Assembly: GCA_030754885.1 (NCBI GenBank)
Contig: JASLZL010000089.1
Location: 7,692 to 71,691, forward strand
Direction of reading: 5' to 3'
Origin: Rhodospirillales bacterium
GTDB taxonomy: Bacteria; Pseudomonadota; Alphaproteobacteria; Rhodospirillales; JASLLZ01
Length of the DNA: 64,000 bases
This document shows positions 44,897 through 53,765 of this stretch, one piece after another. A program made the position numbers and the translations under genes. The notes beneath the pieces were generated by a model. That model had not been told where the DNA came from. It saw only the letters and a program-made list of their open reading frames with translations, and ran no database searches. Position 1 is the stretch's first letter. Each line of letters begins with the position of its first letter.

Positions 44897-46513
44897 ATGA
44901 TGAGCGAGAGGAACCCCCGGCCGACCGTCGCCCAGGGCCTGGTGGCGGCCCTTGAGAAGCACGGCGTGCGCCGCCTGTTCGGGGTTCCCGGCGGCGGTTC
45001 GAGCCTCGACGTCATCGAGGCCGCCAGCGACCGGGGCATGGAATTCATCCTTGCCAAAGGCGAGACCTCGGCGGCCATCATGGCGGCGGTGACGGCGGAA
45101 CTTTCGGGTGCCCCCGGCGTCATATTGACCGGCGTCGGCCCAGGGGCGGCAAGTGCCGTCAACGGCATCGCCTATGCGGCGTTGGAACGCGCGCCCGTTC
45201 TCTTGATCACCGACTGCTTCGAGGACACGCCCGGGCTCAGCCCCCTGCACCAGCGCTTCGACCAGGAATCTCTCTATGCCCCTCTGGTCAAGGGTTACCG
45301 ACGGCTTTCCGCCGACGGCGGTGCCTCGGCCATCAAGGAGCTATTGCAAACGGCGCTGGATCAGCCCCAGGGACCGGTGCACATTGACCTCAGCACCCAG
45401 CAGGCGGCGGCACCCTTGGCCGACGGCGGCCCTGGCCCCAACGATGCGCCACCGCCCGCCGAGGCGGACCTGACGGCGGCGCGGACCCTTTTGGCGAATG
45501 CCAACCGGCCCGTGATCGTGGCCGGCCTGCAAGCGCGCGAGGCCCCGGCGGCGGCGGCCTTGGCCACACTGGTAACAGCTCTTGAGTGTCCCGTGCTCGC
45601 CACCTACAAGGCAAAGGGCGTCTTTCCCGAAAATGACCGGCGTTGTATCGGGCTGTTCACCGGTGCCACCGCCGAGGCCGACTGTATTTCCGGCGCTGAC
45701 CTCATCATTTTTTTCGGCCTCGACCCGATAGAGCTGATCCCTCAGGCGTGGCGCCTCCCAGCACCGGTTCTCGATCTCTCGCCGGTTGCCGGCCAACCCC
45801 ACCCGGTGGAACCCACGGCGGCCGTCGCCGGTCCCTTGGCGCTGTCGGTTGGGCAATTGGCCGACGGGGCTGAGAAATCCGACTGGACGGACAAGGAAAT
45901 GGCGGCGCTACGCGACGGGCTGCGCCACCGCCTGGCCATGGAACCGAGCGCCGGACGCAATGCCCAGGCGCTGGTCGAAGCGGTCGACCGTGCGGCGCCG
46001 CCGGGGGTTCGCCTGTGCGTCGATTCCGGGGCGCATATGTTCTCCGCCATGGCCTTTTCGAAGGCCCTGGCGCCCTATGACATGCTTAAATCCAACGGAC
46101 TTTCCACCATGGGCTATGCGCTCCCCGCGGCCATCGCCTCGGCCCTTCAAGAGCCTGTTCGCCCGGTCGTTGCCATGACCGGCGACGGCGGCCTGATGAT
46201 GTGCTTATCAGAGCTGGTGACGGCGGTGCGTCTCAACCTTGGCATCGTCGTCGTTGTTTTCAACGACGCGGCGCTATCGCTGATCGATATCAAGCAACAG
46301 CGCCAGCAACGCCAAAGCCTGGGCGTGCGATATCCCGCTGTCGATCTGGCCGCCGCCGCCCGCGGCCTGGGCTGCCGCGCCTGGCAGGTTGACGAGGGCA
46401 CGCCCCTGGAACCGATATTGGCCGAGGCCTTCGCCGGCACCGGCCCGGCCGTCATCGACGTCGCCGTCGACCCGGCGGGCTATGGCGCCCAAATGGCGTC
46501 ACTCCGGGGCTGA
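44897..46513 (+). CDS. thiamine-diphosphate-dependent enzyme (acetolactate synthase large-subunit-like)
   Basis: Has an N-terminal Pyr domain (GVRRLFGVPGG...E.SAA.MA), a central domain and the C-terminal TPP motif GDGGLMM...NDAALSLI. Confidence 0.85.
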   Translation: MMSERNPRPTVAQGLVAALEKHGVRRLFGVPGGGSSLDVIEAASDRGMEFILAKGETSAAIMAAVTAELSGAPGVILTGVGPGAASAVNGIAYAALERAPVLLITDCFEDTPGLSPLHQRFDQESLYAPLVKGYRRLSADGGASAIKELLQTALDQPQGPVHIDLSTQQAAAPLADGGPGPNDAPPPAEADLTAARTLLANANRPVIVAGLQAREAPAAAALATLVTALECPVLATYKAKGVFPENDRRCIGLFTGATAEADCISGADLIIFFGLDPIELIPQAWRLPAPVLDLSPVAGQPHPVEPTAAVAGPLALSVGQLADGAEKSDWTDKEMAALRDGLRHRLAMEPSAGRNAQALVEAVDRAAPPGVRLCVDSGAHMFSAMAFSKALAPYDMLKSNGLSTMGYALPAAIASALQEPVRPVVAMTGDGGLMMCLSELVTAVRLNLGIVVVVFNDAALSLIDIKQQRQQRQSLGVRYPAVDLAAAARGLGCRAWQVDEGTPLEPILAEAFAGTGPAVIDVAVDPAGYGAQMASLRG

Positions 46514-46549
46514 TACCACAATCCCCAACCGGGTTGCTTTGAGATCGCC

Positions 46550-47089
46550 ATGCGCCTTTTCATCGCCATTTCTCTTCCCGAGCCGGTGCGCGATGCGCTG
46601 TCGGAACTGCGTTCGGGACTGCCCGGCGCGCGTTGGGTAGAACCCGAGGCCATGCACCTGACGCTACGCTTCCTGGGCGAGTTAGACGCCGATCAAGCCG
46701 AGGACATCGATGCCGCGCTGACGGCAATCCGTGCTCCGGCCTTCGATCTGGATATTTCGGGTATAGGCAGTTTTCAGTCTCGGCGCCGGGTGCGTTCGCT
46801 GTGGGCCGGGGTACGCCGGTCAGAGCCCTTGGCGCACGTGCAAGGCAAGGTGGAATCAGCCGTGGTGCGCGCCGGTCTTGAGCCCGAAAGTCGCAAATTC
46901 AAGCCCCATATTACCCTGGCGCGTCTAAAGAAAACCCCGCTCGGACACGTCGGTGCCTACATGGAAACTCACGACACTTTTGCCGTGGCACCGTTTTCGG
47001 TCGCCGCCTTCACCCTTATGCGAAGCCACCTCAACCGCGATGGCCCCCATTATGAGGTCCTCGCCGAATACGCTTTCGAAGACGCCTAA
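46550..47089 (+). CDS. thpR: RNA 2',3'-cyclic phosphodiesterase (2H phosphoesterase, LigT/ThpR)
   Basis: 179 aa. Starts MRLFIAI.LP and carries two H-x-T-x motifs (HLTLRFLG, HITLARL). Confidence 0.85.
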   Translation: MRLFIAISLPEPVRDALSELRSGLPGARWVEPEAMHLTLRFLGELDADQAEDIDAALTAIRAPAFDLDISGIGSFQSRRRVRSLWAGVRRSEPLAHVQGKVESAVVRAGLEPESRKFKPHITLARLKKTPLGHVGAYMETHDTFAVAPFSVAAFTLMRSHLNRDGPHYEVLAEYAFEDA

Positions 47090-47202
47090 TTGGTTGAGAG
47101 TGAAGATAAAGTCCTTCGCTAGTGCTCAGTGTACTTTTCTTCAACGTTGGCATCGAGAAAGGCGTGCTTGGGGCGGCCCGGCGCCCGCCTTTCGCTTGTC
47201 CC

Positions 47203-47247
47203 CTTTTGCAAGGTCTTGCGCAAGAAGAGCGCAAGACCTTGCAAAAG
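47203..47247. repeat. perfect 19-bp inverted repeat with 7-nt spacer
   Basis: CTTTTGCAAGGTCTTGCGC-AAGAAGA-GCGCAAGACCTTGCAAAAG, in the thpR / lpoA-like convergent intergenic region. Confidence 0.7.
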
Positions 47248-47250
47248 ATT

Positions 47251-47276
47251 CCAGCCCCGCCGAATGGCGGGGCTGG
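47251..47276 (-). terminator. probable intrinsic terminator for the lpoA-like gene
   Basis: CCAGCCCCGCC-GAAT-GGCGGGGCTGG is a perfect 11-bp GC-rich stem. On the minus strand it is followed by AATCTTTTGC. It lies about 110 nt downstream of the stop at 47386. Confidence 0.5.
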
Positions 47277-47385
47277 GAACAGAATATCAAATCTGCCCGC
47301 CGAGCCGCCTCAAGGGCCGATTTGGCCGTATTGATAGCGGGAAAATGTACACCGAGCCGAAGGCGAGGGACATTTTCACGACCAA

Positions 47386-48936
47386 CTAATTGATGGGCGC
47401 GGCGAAGGTCTCGGGCGCCGGGCTGACGACCGCGGCCGCCCTGGGTCCGACCTCAAGCACTGCCAGGCCGCGCTCGGCCGTCCCGTCGGGCAGAAACCGG
47501 AAAATACCATCGTGGCCGGCGAATCCGCTGGGCTGGGTCAGCGCGGCGGCGCTGAAATCGGCGCCGCCCTCGGTCCGGGCCAAGGTCGCCGCCAGGGCCG
47601 CGGCGTCGTAGGCGATGGTCGCCAACCGGTGCGGCTTGGCGCCGTACGTGACGTTATAGCGAGCCTCAAATTCAGTGCGCCCGGCGGGTGTCGGCGCCGC
47701 GTACCAGCCGCCGGATAGGGCCGGCTCGGCGCCGATCCCCGGAACATCCCATTGGCGGGTACCCAGCATGCGGATCTTGGCCGGATCAACATCGTAGAAG
47801 GGCAGGAAAGCGGCAATCGCCTGAAGCCGCTTTCCACCGTCGCCGAGGAACAAGGCGTCGAAAGGCAGTTCCCCGATGGTTTGCAGGCGCTCCAAACGTT
47901 GCAGGGCGCGTTTGGCTATCTCGTCGGTACGCCCTTCCAGGTCCCGGCGCTGGGCGACCAAGGCGCCGCGCCGGGCGTTGTAGCTGGCCAGTTGCTTAAC
48001 TGTGCCCGAGAAGTCGCGGGAATCGGGATTATAAAACTGAACCCGGCCAATAATGCCGCCGCCGGCTTCGACCGCAGCCTGCAAGGCCGCCGCAACGGTA
48101 CGGCCGTAGGCGGCATCGGGGGCCAGGGCGGCGAAGCGGCGAAGGCCGCGCCCGAGCGCGTAGGCGACCACCCGCTCGACCTCGTCTTCGGGGAAAAAGC
48201 CCATGGTATAGACGCCGTTCCCGGCCACCGAGCGGTCGCTGGAAAATGCGATCACGTTGGCACCGGCGGCCCGAGCCGCGGGCGCAACTGCGCGCACCGA
48301 GGTCGACAAGAGCGGCCCCAGTATTAGCGACGCGCCATCGGCGATGGCCAAGCCGACGGCATCGGCGGCGCCGTCGGCGGTTCCCTCGGTGTCGTGAATG
48401 ACGACCTCGAAATGTTCGTTGGCGAAATCAAACAATGCCAATTGCACGGCGTTGAGCATGTCCTGGGCCGCCCGCAGCCGATCAGCACCGATGCGAGCCC
48501 GATTCCCTGTCAACGGCAGCAAGAGGCCGATGCGCACCACAGAGGGCGCCAACGACGGTGCCGAGAACTCACGGACAGCCGGCGTCTCTTCCGCCGGTTG
48601 GGATGGACGCGCCGTCAGGAAGGGCACCAGCGATGGCACGGTGGGACCTGCCTCGACGCCACGAGCCGGCATGGGACGCTTCTCGGCAGCCGCCGGAGTC
48701 GCCGGCGTTGAGGTTGCCGAAGTCGCCGGTGTTGATGGGGCCGGCGCCACAGGGGACGGCTTGGCCGGCTGCGGTGGCGTTACGAGACCGGGGGTCGGCG
48801 TGTCGTCTTGCATCCAGGGCGGAACTCGTGAAGACTGGCAAGCCGATAGCGCCACGACCAGGACGGCCAGGCAAGAGGCGAGAGCGACTCGTGGCACGAA
48901 AAGACTCATATCTTGAAACCAGCGGCGCAAAAACAT
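47386..48936 (-). CDS. LpoA/LppC-like lipoprotein (periplasmic-binding-protein fold; putative penicillin-binding-protein activator)
   Basis: Has a lipobox (VALSAC), a Pro/Ala/Thr-rich linker and a type-I periplasmic binding fold (IGLLLPLTG......GASLILGPL). It is divergent from rsmI, as lpoA (yraM) is in E. coli. An alternative start is ATG 48909. Confidence 0.6.
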   Translation of the reverse strand: MFLRRWFQDMSLFVPRVALASCLAVLVVALSACQSSRVPPWMQDDTPTPGLVTPPQPAKPSPVAPAPSTPATSATSTPATPAAAEKRPMPARGVEAGPTVPSLVPFLTARPSQPAEETPAVREFSAPSLAPSVVRIGLLLPLTGNRARIGADRLRAAQDMLNAVQLALFDFANEHFEVVIHDTEGTADGAADAVGLAIADGASLILGPLLSTSVRAVAPAARAAGANVIAFSSDRSVAGNGVYTMGFFPEDEVERVVAYALGRGLRRFAALAPDAAYGRTVAAALQAAVEAGGGIIGRVQFYNPDSRDFSGTVKQLASYNARRGALVAQRRDLEGRTDEIAKRALQRLERLQTIGELPFDALFLGDGGKRLQAIAAFLPFYDVDPAKIRMLGTRQWDVPGIGAEPALSGGWYAAPTPAGRTEFEARYNVTYGAKPHRLATIAYDAAALAATLARTEGGADFSAAALTQPSGFAGHDGIFRFLPDGTAERGLAVLEVGPRAAAVVSPAPETFAAPIN

Positions 48937-48944
48937 CTTCGCGG

Positions 48945-49862
48945 TTGCCCTCCAAACCCGTCCGAGAACCTAGCGATAGCACGGACGCGAGTAAACCTCA
49001 TCAACGCCGAGCGCGTGCGGGGCGGCCCTTCGCCGGCCTTTACCTGGTCGCCACCCCCATCGGCAACGCGCGCGACGTGACGCTCCGCGCCCTGGATATA
49101 CTAGCCCAAGTCGACGTCATCGCCTGCGAGGACACCCGGGTGACCGGCAAGCTGATGGCGCTTCACGGTATCGCCACGCCCCTTCTTGCCTACCACGATC
49201 ATACCGCCGAGCGCGTGCGGACACGGCTTATCAAACGACTGAATGATGGCGAAACCGTGGCGCTGGTCTCAGACGCCGGGACGCCCCTTGTTTCGGACCC
49301 CGGTTATAGGCTGGTGCAGGCCTGTATCGAGGCCAACGTGCCGGTAACGCCTGTGCCCGGCCCGTCATCGGTGCTCGCCGCCGTCGTCGTCTCGGGCCTG
49401 CCCATGGACCGCTTTTTGTACGCCGGCTTCTTGCCGTCGCGCGCCGCCGCCAGGCGCCGGGCGCTGGCCGAGTTGGCGGCGGTACCGGCGACCCAGGTGT
49501 TCTTAGAATCGCCGCGTCGCCTGGGCCCGTCCCTCTCCGACATGGCCGACGTCCTGGGCGACCGCCCGGCCGTTGTGGCGCGCGAGCTGACCAAGGTATT
49601 TGAAGAAGTGCGCCGCGGCACCCTGACCCAACTGGCCCTGCACTACCGGACCGAAGGTGCGCCCAAGGGCGAAGTGACGGTGGTGGTGGCAGCCGGTGGC
49701 CCGCCGCCCGAGATCGGCGCCGAGGAAGTGGAGCGGCTGCTCGGCGCCGCTCTCGATCGGCTTTCGGTGCGCGATGCCGTCGCCCAGGTCGCCGCCGCCA
49801 CCGGACTGCCCAGGCGCAAAATCTACGACCGCGCCCTCAAACTTAAACGCGATGCGCCGTGA
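48945..49862 (+). CDS. rsmI: 16S rRNA (cytidine1402-2'-O)-methyltransferase
   Basis: Contains GLYLVATPIGNARDVTLRALDILAQVDVIACEDTR and SDAGTP.VSDPG motifs. There is no in-frame ATG or GTG between the lpoA-like gene and the conserved core. Candidate starts are TTG 48945 or GTG 48891. The track ORF from 48558 is mostly antisense to the lpoA-like gene. Confidence 0.8.
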   Translation: MPSKPVREPSDSTDASKPHQRRARAGRPFAGLYLVATPIGNARDVTLRALDILAQVDVIACEDTRVTGKLMALHGIATPLLAYHDHTAERVRTRLIKRLNDGETVALVSDAGTPLVSDPGYRLVQACIEANVPVTPVPGPSSVLAAVVVSGLPMDRFLYAGFLPSRAAARRRALAELAAVPATQVFLESPRRLGPSLSDMADVLGDRPAVVARELTKVFEEVRRGTLTQLALHYRTEGAPKGEVTVVVAAGGPPPEIGAEEVERLLGAALDRLSVRDAVAQVAAATGLPRRKIYDRALKLKRDAP

Positions 49863-50236
49863 ACACTGGGCGCCAGCGGCGGCACCGGGCCTGGCGCTTT
49901 GGCCGCTTCGCGGAGAGCCTTTGCGCCTGGCATCTCCGACTGCGCGGCTATCGCGTCGTGGCACGCAGCTTTCGCTCGGCAGTGGGTGAAATCGACATCG
50001 TGGCGCGGCGCGGCAGTGTCTTGGCGGTGGTCGAGGTCAAGGGCCGGGGGGATTTGGCGGCGGCAGCTGAATCCGTGGGCCGTCGCCAGCGCCGCCGCAT
50101 TGCCCGCGCCACCGAGGCCTTCGTTAAGGCACGCCCCGGTTACGCCGGTTTGGACCTGCGCTTTGACGTCATGCTGGTCCGGCCCTGGCGCCTGCCGCGC
50201 CACCTGACCGGCGCCTGGCGCGCCGACGACCGCTAA
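49859..50236 (+). CDS. yraN: YraN-family (UPF0102) endonuclease-like protein
   Basis: 125 aa. Contains GE.DI.A.......VEVK, the YraN pattern. GTGA overlap with the rsmI stop. Confidence 0.8.
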   Translation: MNTGRQRRHRAWRFGRFAESLCAWHLRLRGYRVVARSFRSAVGEIDIVARRGSVLAVVEVKGRGDLAAAAESVGRRQRRRIARATEAFVKARPGYAGLDLRFDVMLVRPWRLPRHLTGAWRADDR

Positions 50237-50246
50237 ATTCTGAAAT

Positions 50247-50783
50247 TTACCTGGGGGCGATGACCATGGTCATCAAGCGCCCTTCCTTGATCGGGTGCTG
50301 CTCCACCTTGGCCAACTCGTCGAGATCCTCGCGCACCCGGTCGAGCACTTTCATGCCCAGTTCCTGGTGAGCCATCTCGCGGCCGCGGAAGCGAATGGTG
50401 ACCTTGACCTTGTCGCCGTCACCAAGAAATCGCCGGGCGCTGCGCAGCTTGACCTCGTAGTCATGGACGTCGATGCCTGGACGCATCTTGATTTCCTTGA
50501 CGTCGATGGTCTTTTGCTTCTTGCGCGCTTCGGCGGCTTTTTTCTGCTCCTCGTACTTGAACTTCCCGTAATCGAGGATCTTGCACACCGGCGGGTCGGC
50601 ATTGGGCGACACCTCGACCAGGTCCAGGCCGACCTCGTCAGCCATCTCCTGGGCTTCCTCGGTCGCGAGGACGCCTACCATTTCTCCGGTTTCATTGACG
50701 AGTCGGACGCTTGCTATTTCAATGTCCGAGTTGACACGCGGTCCCTTGCGGACCGGCGGTTCGTTAAAACGTGGCCGTCGTAT
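50247..50783 (-). CDS. infC: translation initiation factor IF-3 (non-canonical ATA start)
   Basis: The track shows only 144 aa from an internal ATG. The frame stays open upstream to ATA at 50783-50781. That codon is immediately preceded by an in-frame TAA and by AAGGAGG 6 nt upstream. The extension [34 protein letters not shown] matches the conserved IF-3 N-domain (R.N..I....VRL....G). Confidence 0.88.
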   Translation of the reverse strand: MRRPRFNEPPVRKGPRVNSDIEIASVRLVNETGEMVGVLATEEAQEMADEVGLDLVEVSPNADPPVCKILDYGKFKYEEQKKAAEARKKQKTIDVKEIKMRPGIDVHDYEVKLRSARRFLGDGDKVKVTIRFRGREMAHQELGMKVLDRVREDLDELAKVEQHPIKEGRLMTMVIAPR

Positions 50784-50832
50784 TTAGGGCCTCCTTCATC
50801 AACAGGTTTAAGCGGGACCGATCCTATCGGCG

Positions 50833-52752
50833 TTAGTGGTCTCCGAGTGGTCCGGCCGCCTCTTCCATCAGTCTAGCGGTTGCGTCCGCCAGCGCAAGAA
50901 TTTCTTGTGCCTTTCCGCCAAGACGGCGCAGCGCCACCGTGCCGGCATCGGCCTCGCGCGCGCCGACGACCAAGATGGCCGGGACCTTGGCAAGGCTGTG
51001 TTCGCGGATCTTGTAATTGATCTTTTCGTTGCGCAGGTCGGCCTCGGCCCGGATGCCGGCCTTAGCCAAGGCCGCCACCACGTCTGCGGCGTAATCATCG
51101 GCGTCCTGGGTGATCGTCGCCACCACCGCCTGAGTGGGCGCCAGCCACAAGGGCAGCCGTCCGGCATGCTGTTCTATGAGAACGCCTATAAAACGTTCCA
51201 TGGAGCCCAGGATGGCCCGGTGCAGCATGACCGGCCGATGCTTTTTGCCATCCTCGCCGACATAGGTGGCATCAAGTCTCTCAGGTAGGACGAAATCCAC
51301 TTGCAATGTCCCCAACTGCCAGTCGCGGCCGATAGCGTCGCGCAGGTTGAATTCCAGCTTCGGTCCATAAAAGGCGCCCTCGCCCGGATTGAACTCGATG
51401 TCCATGCCGGCCGCGTCGGTGGCGTCCTTGAGCGCCTTTTCCGCCTTGTCCCACACCGCGTCGTCACCGGCCCGCGTCGCCGGCCGGTCGGCGAACATCA
51501 CGGTTACGTCGTCGAAGCCCAGGTCTCTGTACATGCTCATGAGCAAGTCGCAGAAGTCCTTTGTCTCGGCGGTGATCTGGTCTTCGGTGCAGAAGATGTG
51601 GGCGTCGTCCTGGGTAAAGGCGCGCACCCGCATCAGGCCGTGCAAGGCGCCCGACGGCTCGTTGCGGTGACACGATCCGAACTCGGCCATGCGGATCGGC
51701 AAATCACGGTAGCTCTTGATGCCCTGTTTGAAGATCTGCACGTGACAGGGGCAGTTCATGGGCTTGAGCGCCAGCACCCGGTCTTCCGACTCGGCGGTGA
51801 ACATGTGTTCGCGGAACTTTTCCCAGTGGCCCGAATCTTCCCACAGGCTGCGGTCGACCATCTGCGGCGTGTTGACCTCGACATAGCCCGCCGCATCAAG
51901 CCGCCGGCGCACGTAATCGACCAAGGTGCGATAAAGGGTCCATCCCTTGGGATGCCAGAACACCGAGCCGACGGCGGCGTCTTGGAAATGGAACAGCCCC
52001 ATTTCGCGCCCGACGCGCCGGTGGTCGCGCTTTTCGGCCTCTTCGAGCATTGTGAGATAGGCGCCGAGCTGTTTTTCGTCGGGCCAGGCAGTGCCGTAAA
52101 TGCGCTGTAGCATCTGGTTGCGCGAATCGCCACGCCAATAGGCGCCGGCCACCTTCATCAATTTGAAGGCCGTGCCCAGTCGCCCGGTCGACGGCAGGTG
52201 CGGACCACGGCACAGATCGATGAATTCTCCCTGACGATAAAGCGTCACATCCTCGCCCTCGGGAATGTCACGGATGATCTCGGCCTTGTAAAGTTCGCCC
52301 TGTTCCTCGAAAAACGCGATGGCGGCGTCGCGCTCCCAGACCTCGCGGCTGATCACCTCGTCACGCTGAACGATTTCCCTCATGCGCGCCTCGATGATCT
52401 CCAGATCGTCGGGCGTGAACGGCTCGTTGCGCGCGAAGTCGTAATAAAAGCCGTTCTCGATGGCCGGGCCGATGGTCACCTGGGTGTCGGGATAAAGCTC
52501 CTTGACCGCCTCGGCCATGACATGGGCGGCGTCGTGGCGTATCAGCTCCAAGGCGTCTTCGTCCTTATTGGTGACGATCGAGACCTCAGCGTCCGCGTCG
52601 ATGACGTGGGCCAAGTCGCACATGGTGCCGTCAATGCGTATAGCCAGCGCCGCCTTGGCCAGGCCAGGGCCAATATCGGCCGCAAAATCAGCGCCCGTAA
52701 GCACCTTTTCGTATGACCGGACACTGCCGTCGGGGAGCGTAATGGCGGGCAT
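50833..52752 (-). CDS. thrS: threonine--tRNA ligase
   Basis: 639 aa. Has an N-terminal TGS domain (MPAITLPDG), the editing-domain HSAAH-like motif (RHDAAHVMA), class II core motifs and a C-terminal anticodon-binding domain. Lies upstream of infC, as in many bacteria. Confidence 0.95.
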   Translation of the reverse strand: MPAITLPDGSVRSYEKVLTGADFAADIGPGLAKAALAIRIDGTMCDLAHVIDADAEVSIVTNKDEDALELIRHDAAHVMAEAVKELYPDTQVTIGPAIENGFYYDFARNEPFTPDDLEIIEARMREIVQRDEVISREVWERDAAIAFFEEQGELYKAEIIRDIPEGEDVTLYRQGEFIDLCRGPHLPSTGRLGTAFKLMKVAGAYWRGDSRNQMLQRIYGTAWPDEKQLGAYLTMLEEAEKRDHRRVGREMGLFHFQDAAVGSVFWHPKGWTLYRTLVDYVRRRLDAAGYVEVNTPQMVDRSLWEDSGHWEKFREHMFTAESEDRVLALKPMNCPCHVQIFKQGIKSYRDLPIRMAEFGSCHRNEPSGALHGLMRVRAFTQDDAHIFCTEDQITAETKDFCDLLMSMYRDLGFDDVTVMFADRPATRAGDDAVWDKAEKALKDATDAAGMDIEFNPGEGAFYGPKLEFNLRDAIGRDWQLGTLQVDFVLPERLDATYVGEDGKKHRPVMLHRAILGSMERFIGVLIEQHAGRLPLWLAPTQAVVATITQDADDYAADVVAALAKAGIRAEADLRNEKINYKIREHSLAKVPAILVVGAREADAGTVALRRLGGKAQEILALADATARLMEEAAGPLGDH

Positions 52753-52817
52753 GGCGGCCTATTGTCTCTCTCTTTGTGGCAAAGCGGGGGCGAAATGTAG
52801 AGCGATTCCCGGACCTG

Positions 52818-53765
52818 TCAAGCCGAGACACCCGCGCCGGCCAGCGCCGCCGTTACCGCCTCGACGGGCAGGTCGCCCAGTTTGGGCCGGCTGACGATGG
52901 TAACGGCAGGTCCGCGCTGGGCGCAGAGCGCCGGATCCGAGGCCTCGGAGTAAAGAACCACCGAGGGGCACCCGGCGGCGGCGATCAGGTGCATGGGACC
53001 GGTATCGTTGCCGATCGCACAAAGAGCGCCCCGGGCCAGGGCCACGATATCCAAGAGCGACGTCCGCCCGGCCAGGTCGAGGGCGTCGGGGCACGCGCCG
53101 GCGACGGCGCCCAGCAAGGCCGCCTCGTCGGAACCACCCACCAACACCGGCTTGATCTTCCGTTCGGCCAGCCATGCCGCCAGTTTGGCGAAGCATTCCG
53201 CCGACCACCGTTTGGCGGGGCGGTGCGCGGCACCTCCTGGCACCACGAGCGCATAGGGCTTGGAAAGCCCGAACCGGGCGGCGTGGGCCTTGATGGATGA
53301 CAGGTCGCCCGCCGGCACGTCGGCAATCCCGCCATGGGCCAATTGCTCGGCCTGACGCTCGATGGTGTGCATGAAGTCGCGCCGTGGATTGTCGTGGGGA
53401 TGGCTACAGCCCTTTGCGATGCCAGACCACTCTGGCGTCGGTCCGGGCCAAAAAAGGCGGAAATAGAGGGAACTGCGGTCCGAAGTCTGCAAGTCGTAGA
53501 CGCGTCCGAACCCACCGCCGCGCAAGCGCCGGCGCAAGGCCCACCAGCCCCTGACGTCAAGAGCCTTGGGGCGGGCGTCGATCCAGATGTCGTCGAACCA
53601 ATCGCCGGCATCCGCCAATTCGACGAAGGGCTGGGTGGTCAAGAGCGTCACCTTTGCTGCCGCGTGATGGCGGCGGATGGCGGCGAAGGGCCCAAGGGCC
53701 TGGACGAAGTCGCCAAGCGCAGCAAGCTTGATCACCAGCACCCGGGATGGACCGGGCGCGGTCAT
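52818..53765 (-). CDS. glycosyltransferase family 9 (heptosyltransferase-like)
   Basis: From ATG 53765 (ATGA overlap with the upstream GT). Contains RVLVIKLAALGDFV.., GG....K.W and NDTGPMHLAAA-like (GNDTGPMHLIAAAG) motifs. Confidence 0.8.
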   Translation of the reverse strand: MTAPGPSRVLVIKLAALGDFVQALGPFAAIRRHHAAAKVTLLTTQPFVELADAGDWFDDIWIDARPKALDVRGWWALRRRLRGGGFGRVYDLQTSDRSSLYFRLFWPGPTPEWSGIAKGCSHPHDNPRRDFMHTIERQAEQLAHGGIADVPAGDLSSIKAHAARFGLSKPYALVVPGGAAHRPAKRWSAECFAKLAAWLAERKIKPVLVGGSDEAALLGAVAGACPDALDLAGRTSLLDIVALARGALCAIGNDTGPMHLIAAAGCPSVVLYSEASDPALCAQRGPAVTIVSRPKLGDLPVEAVTAALAGAGVSA

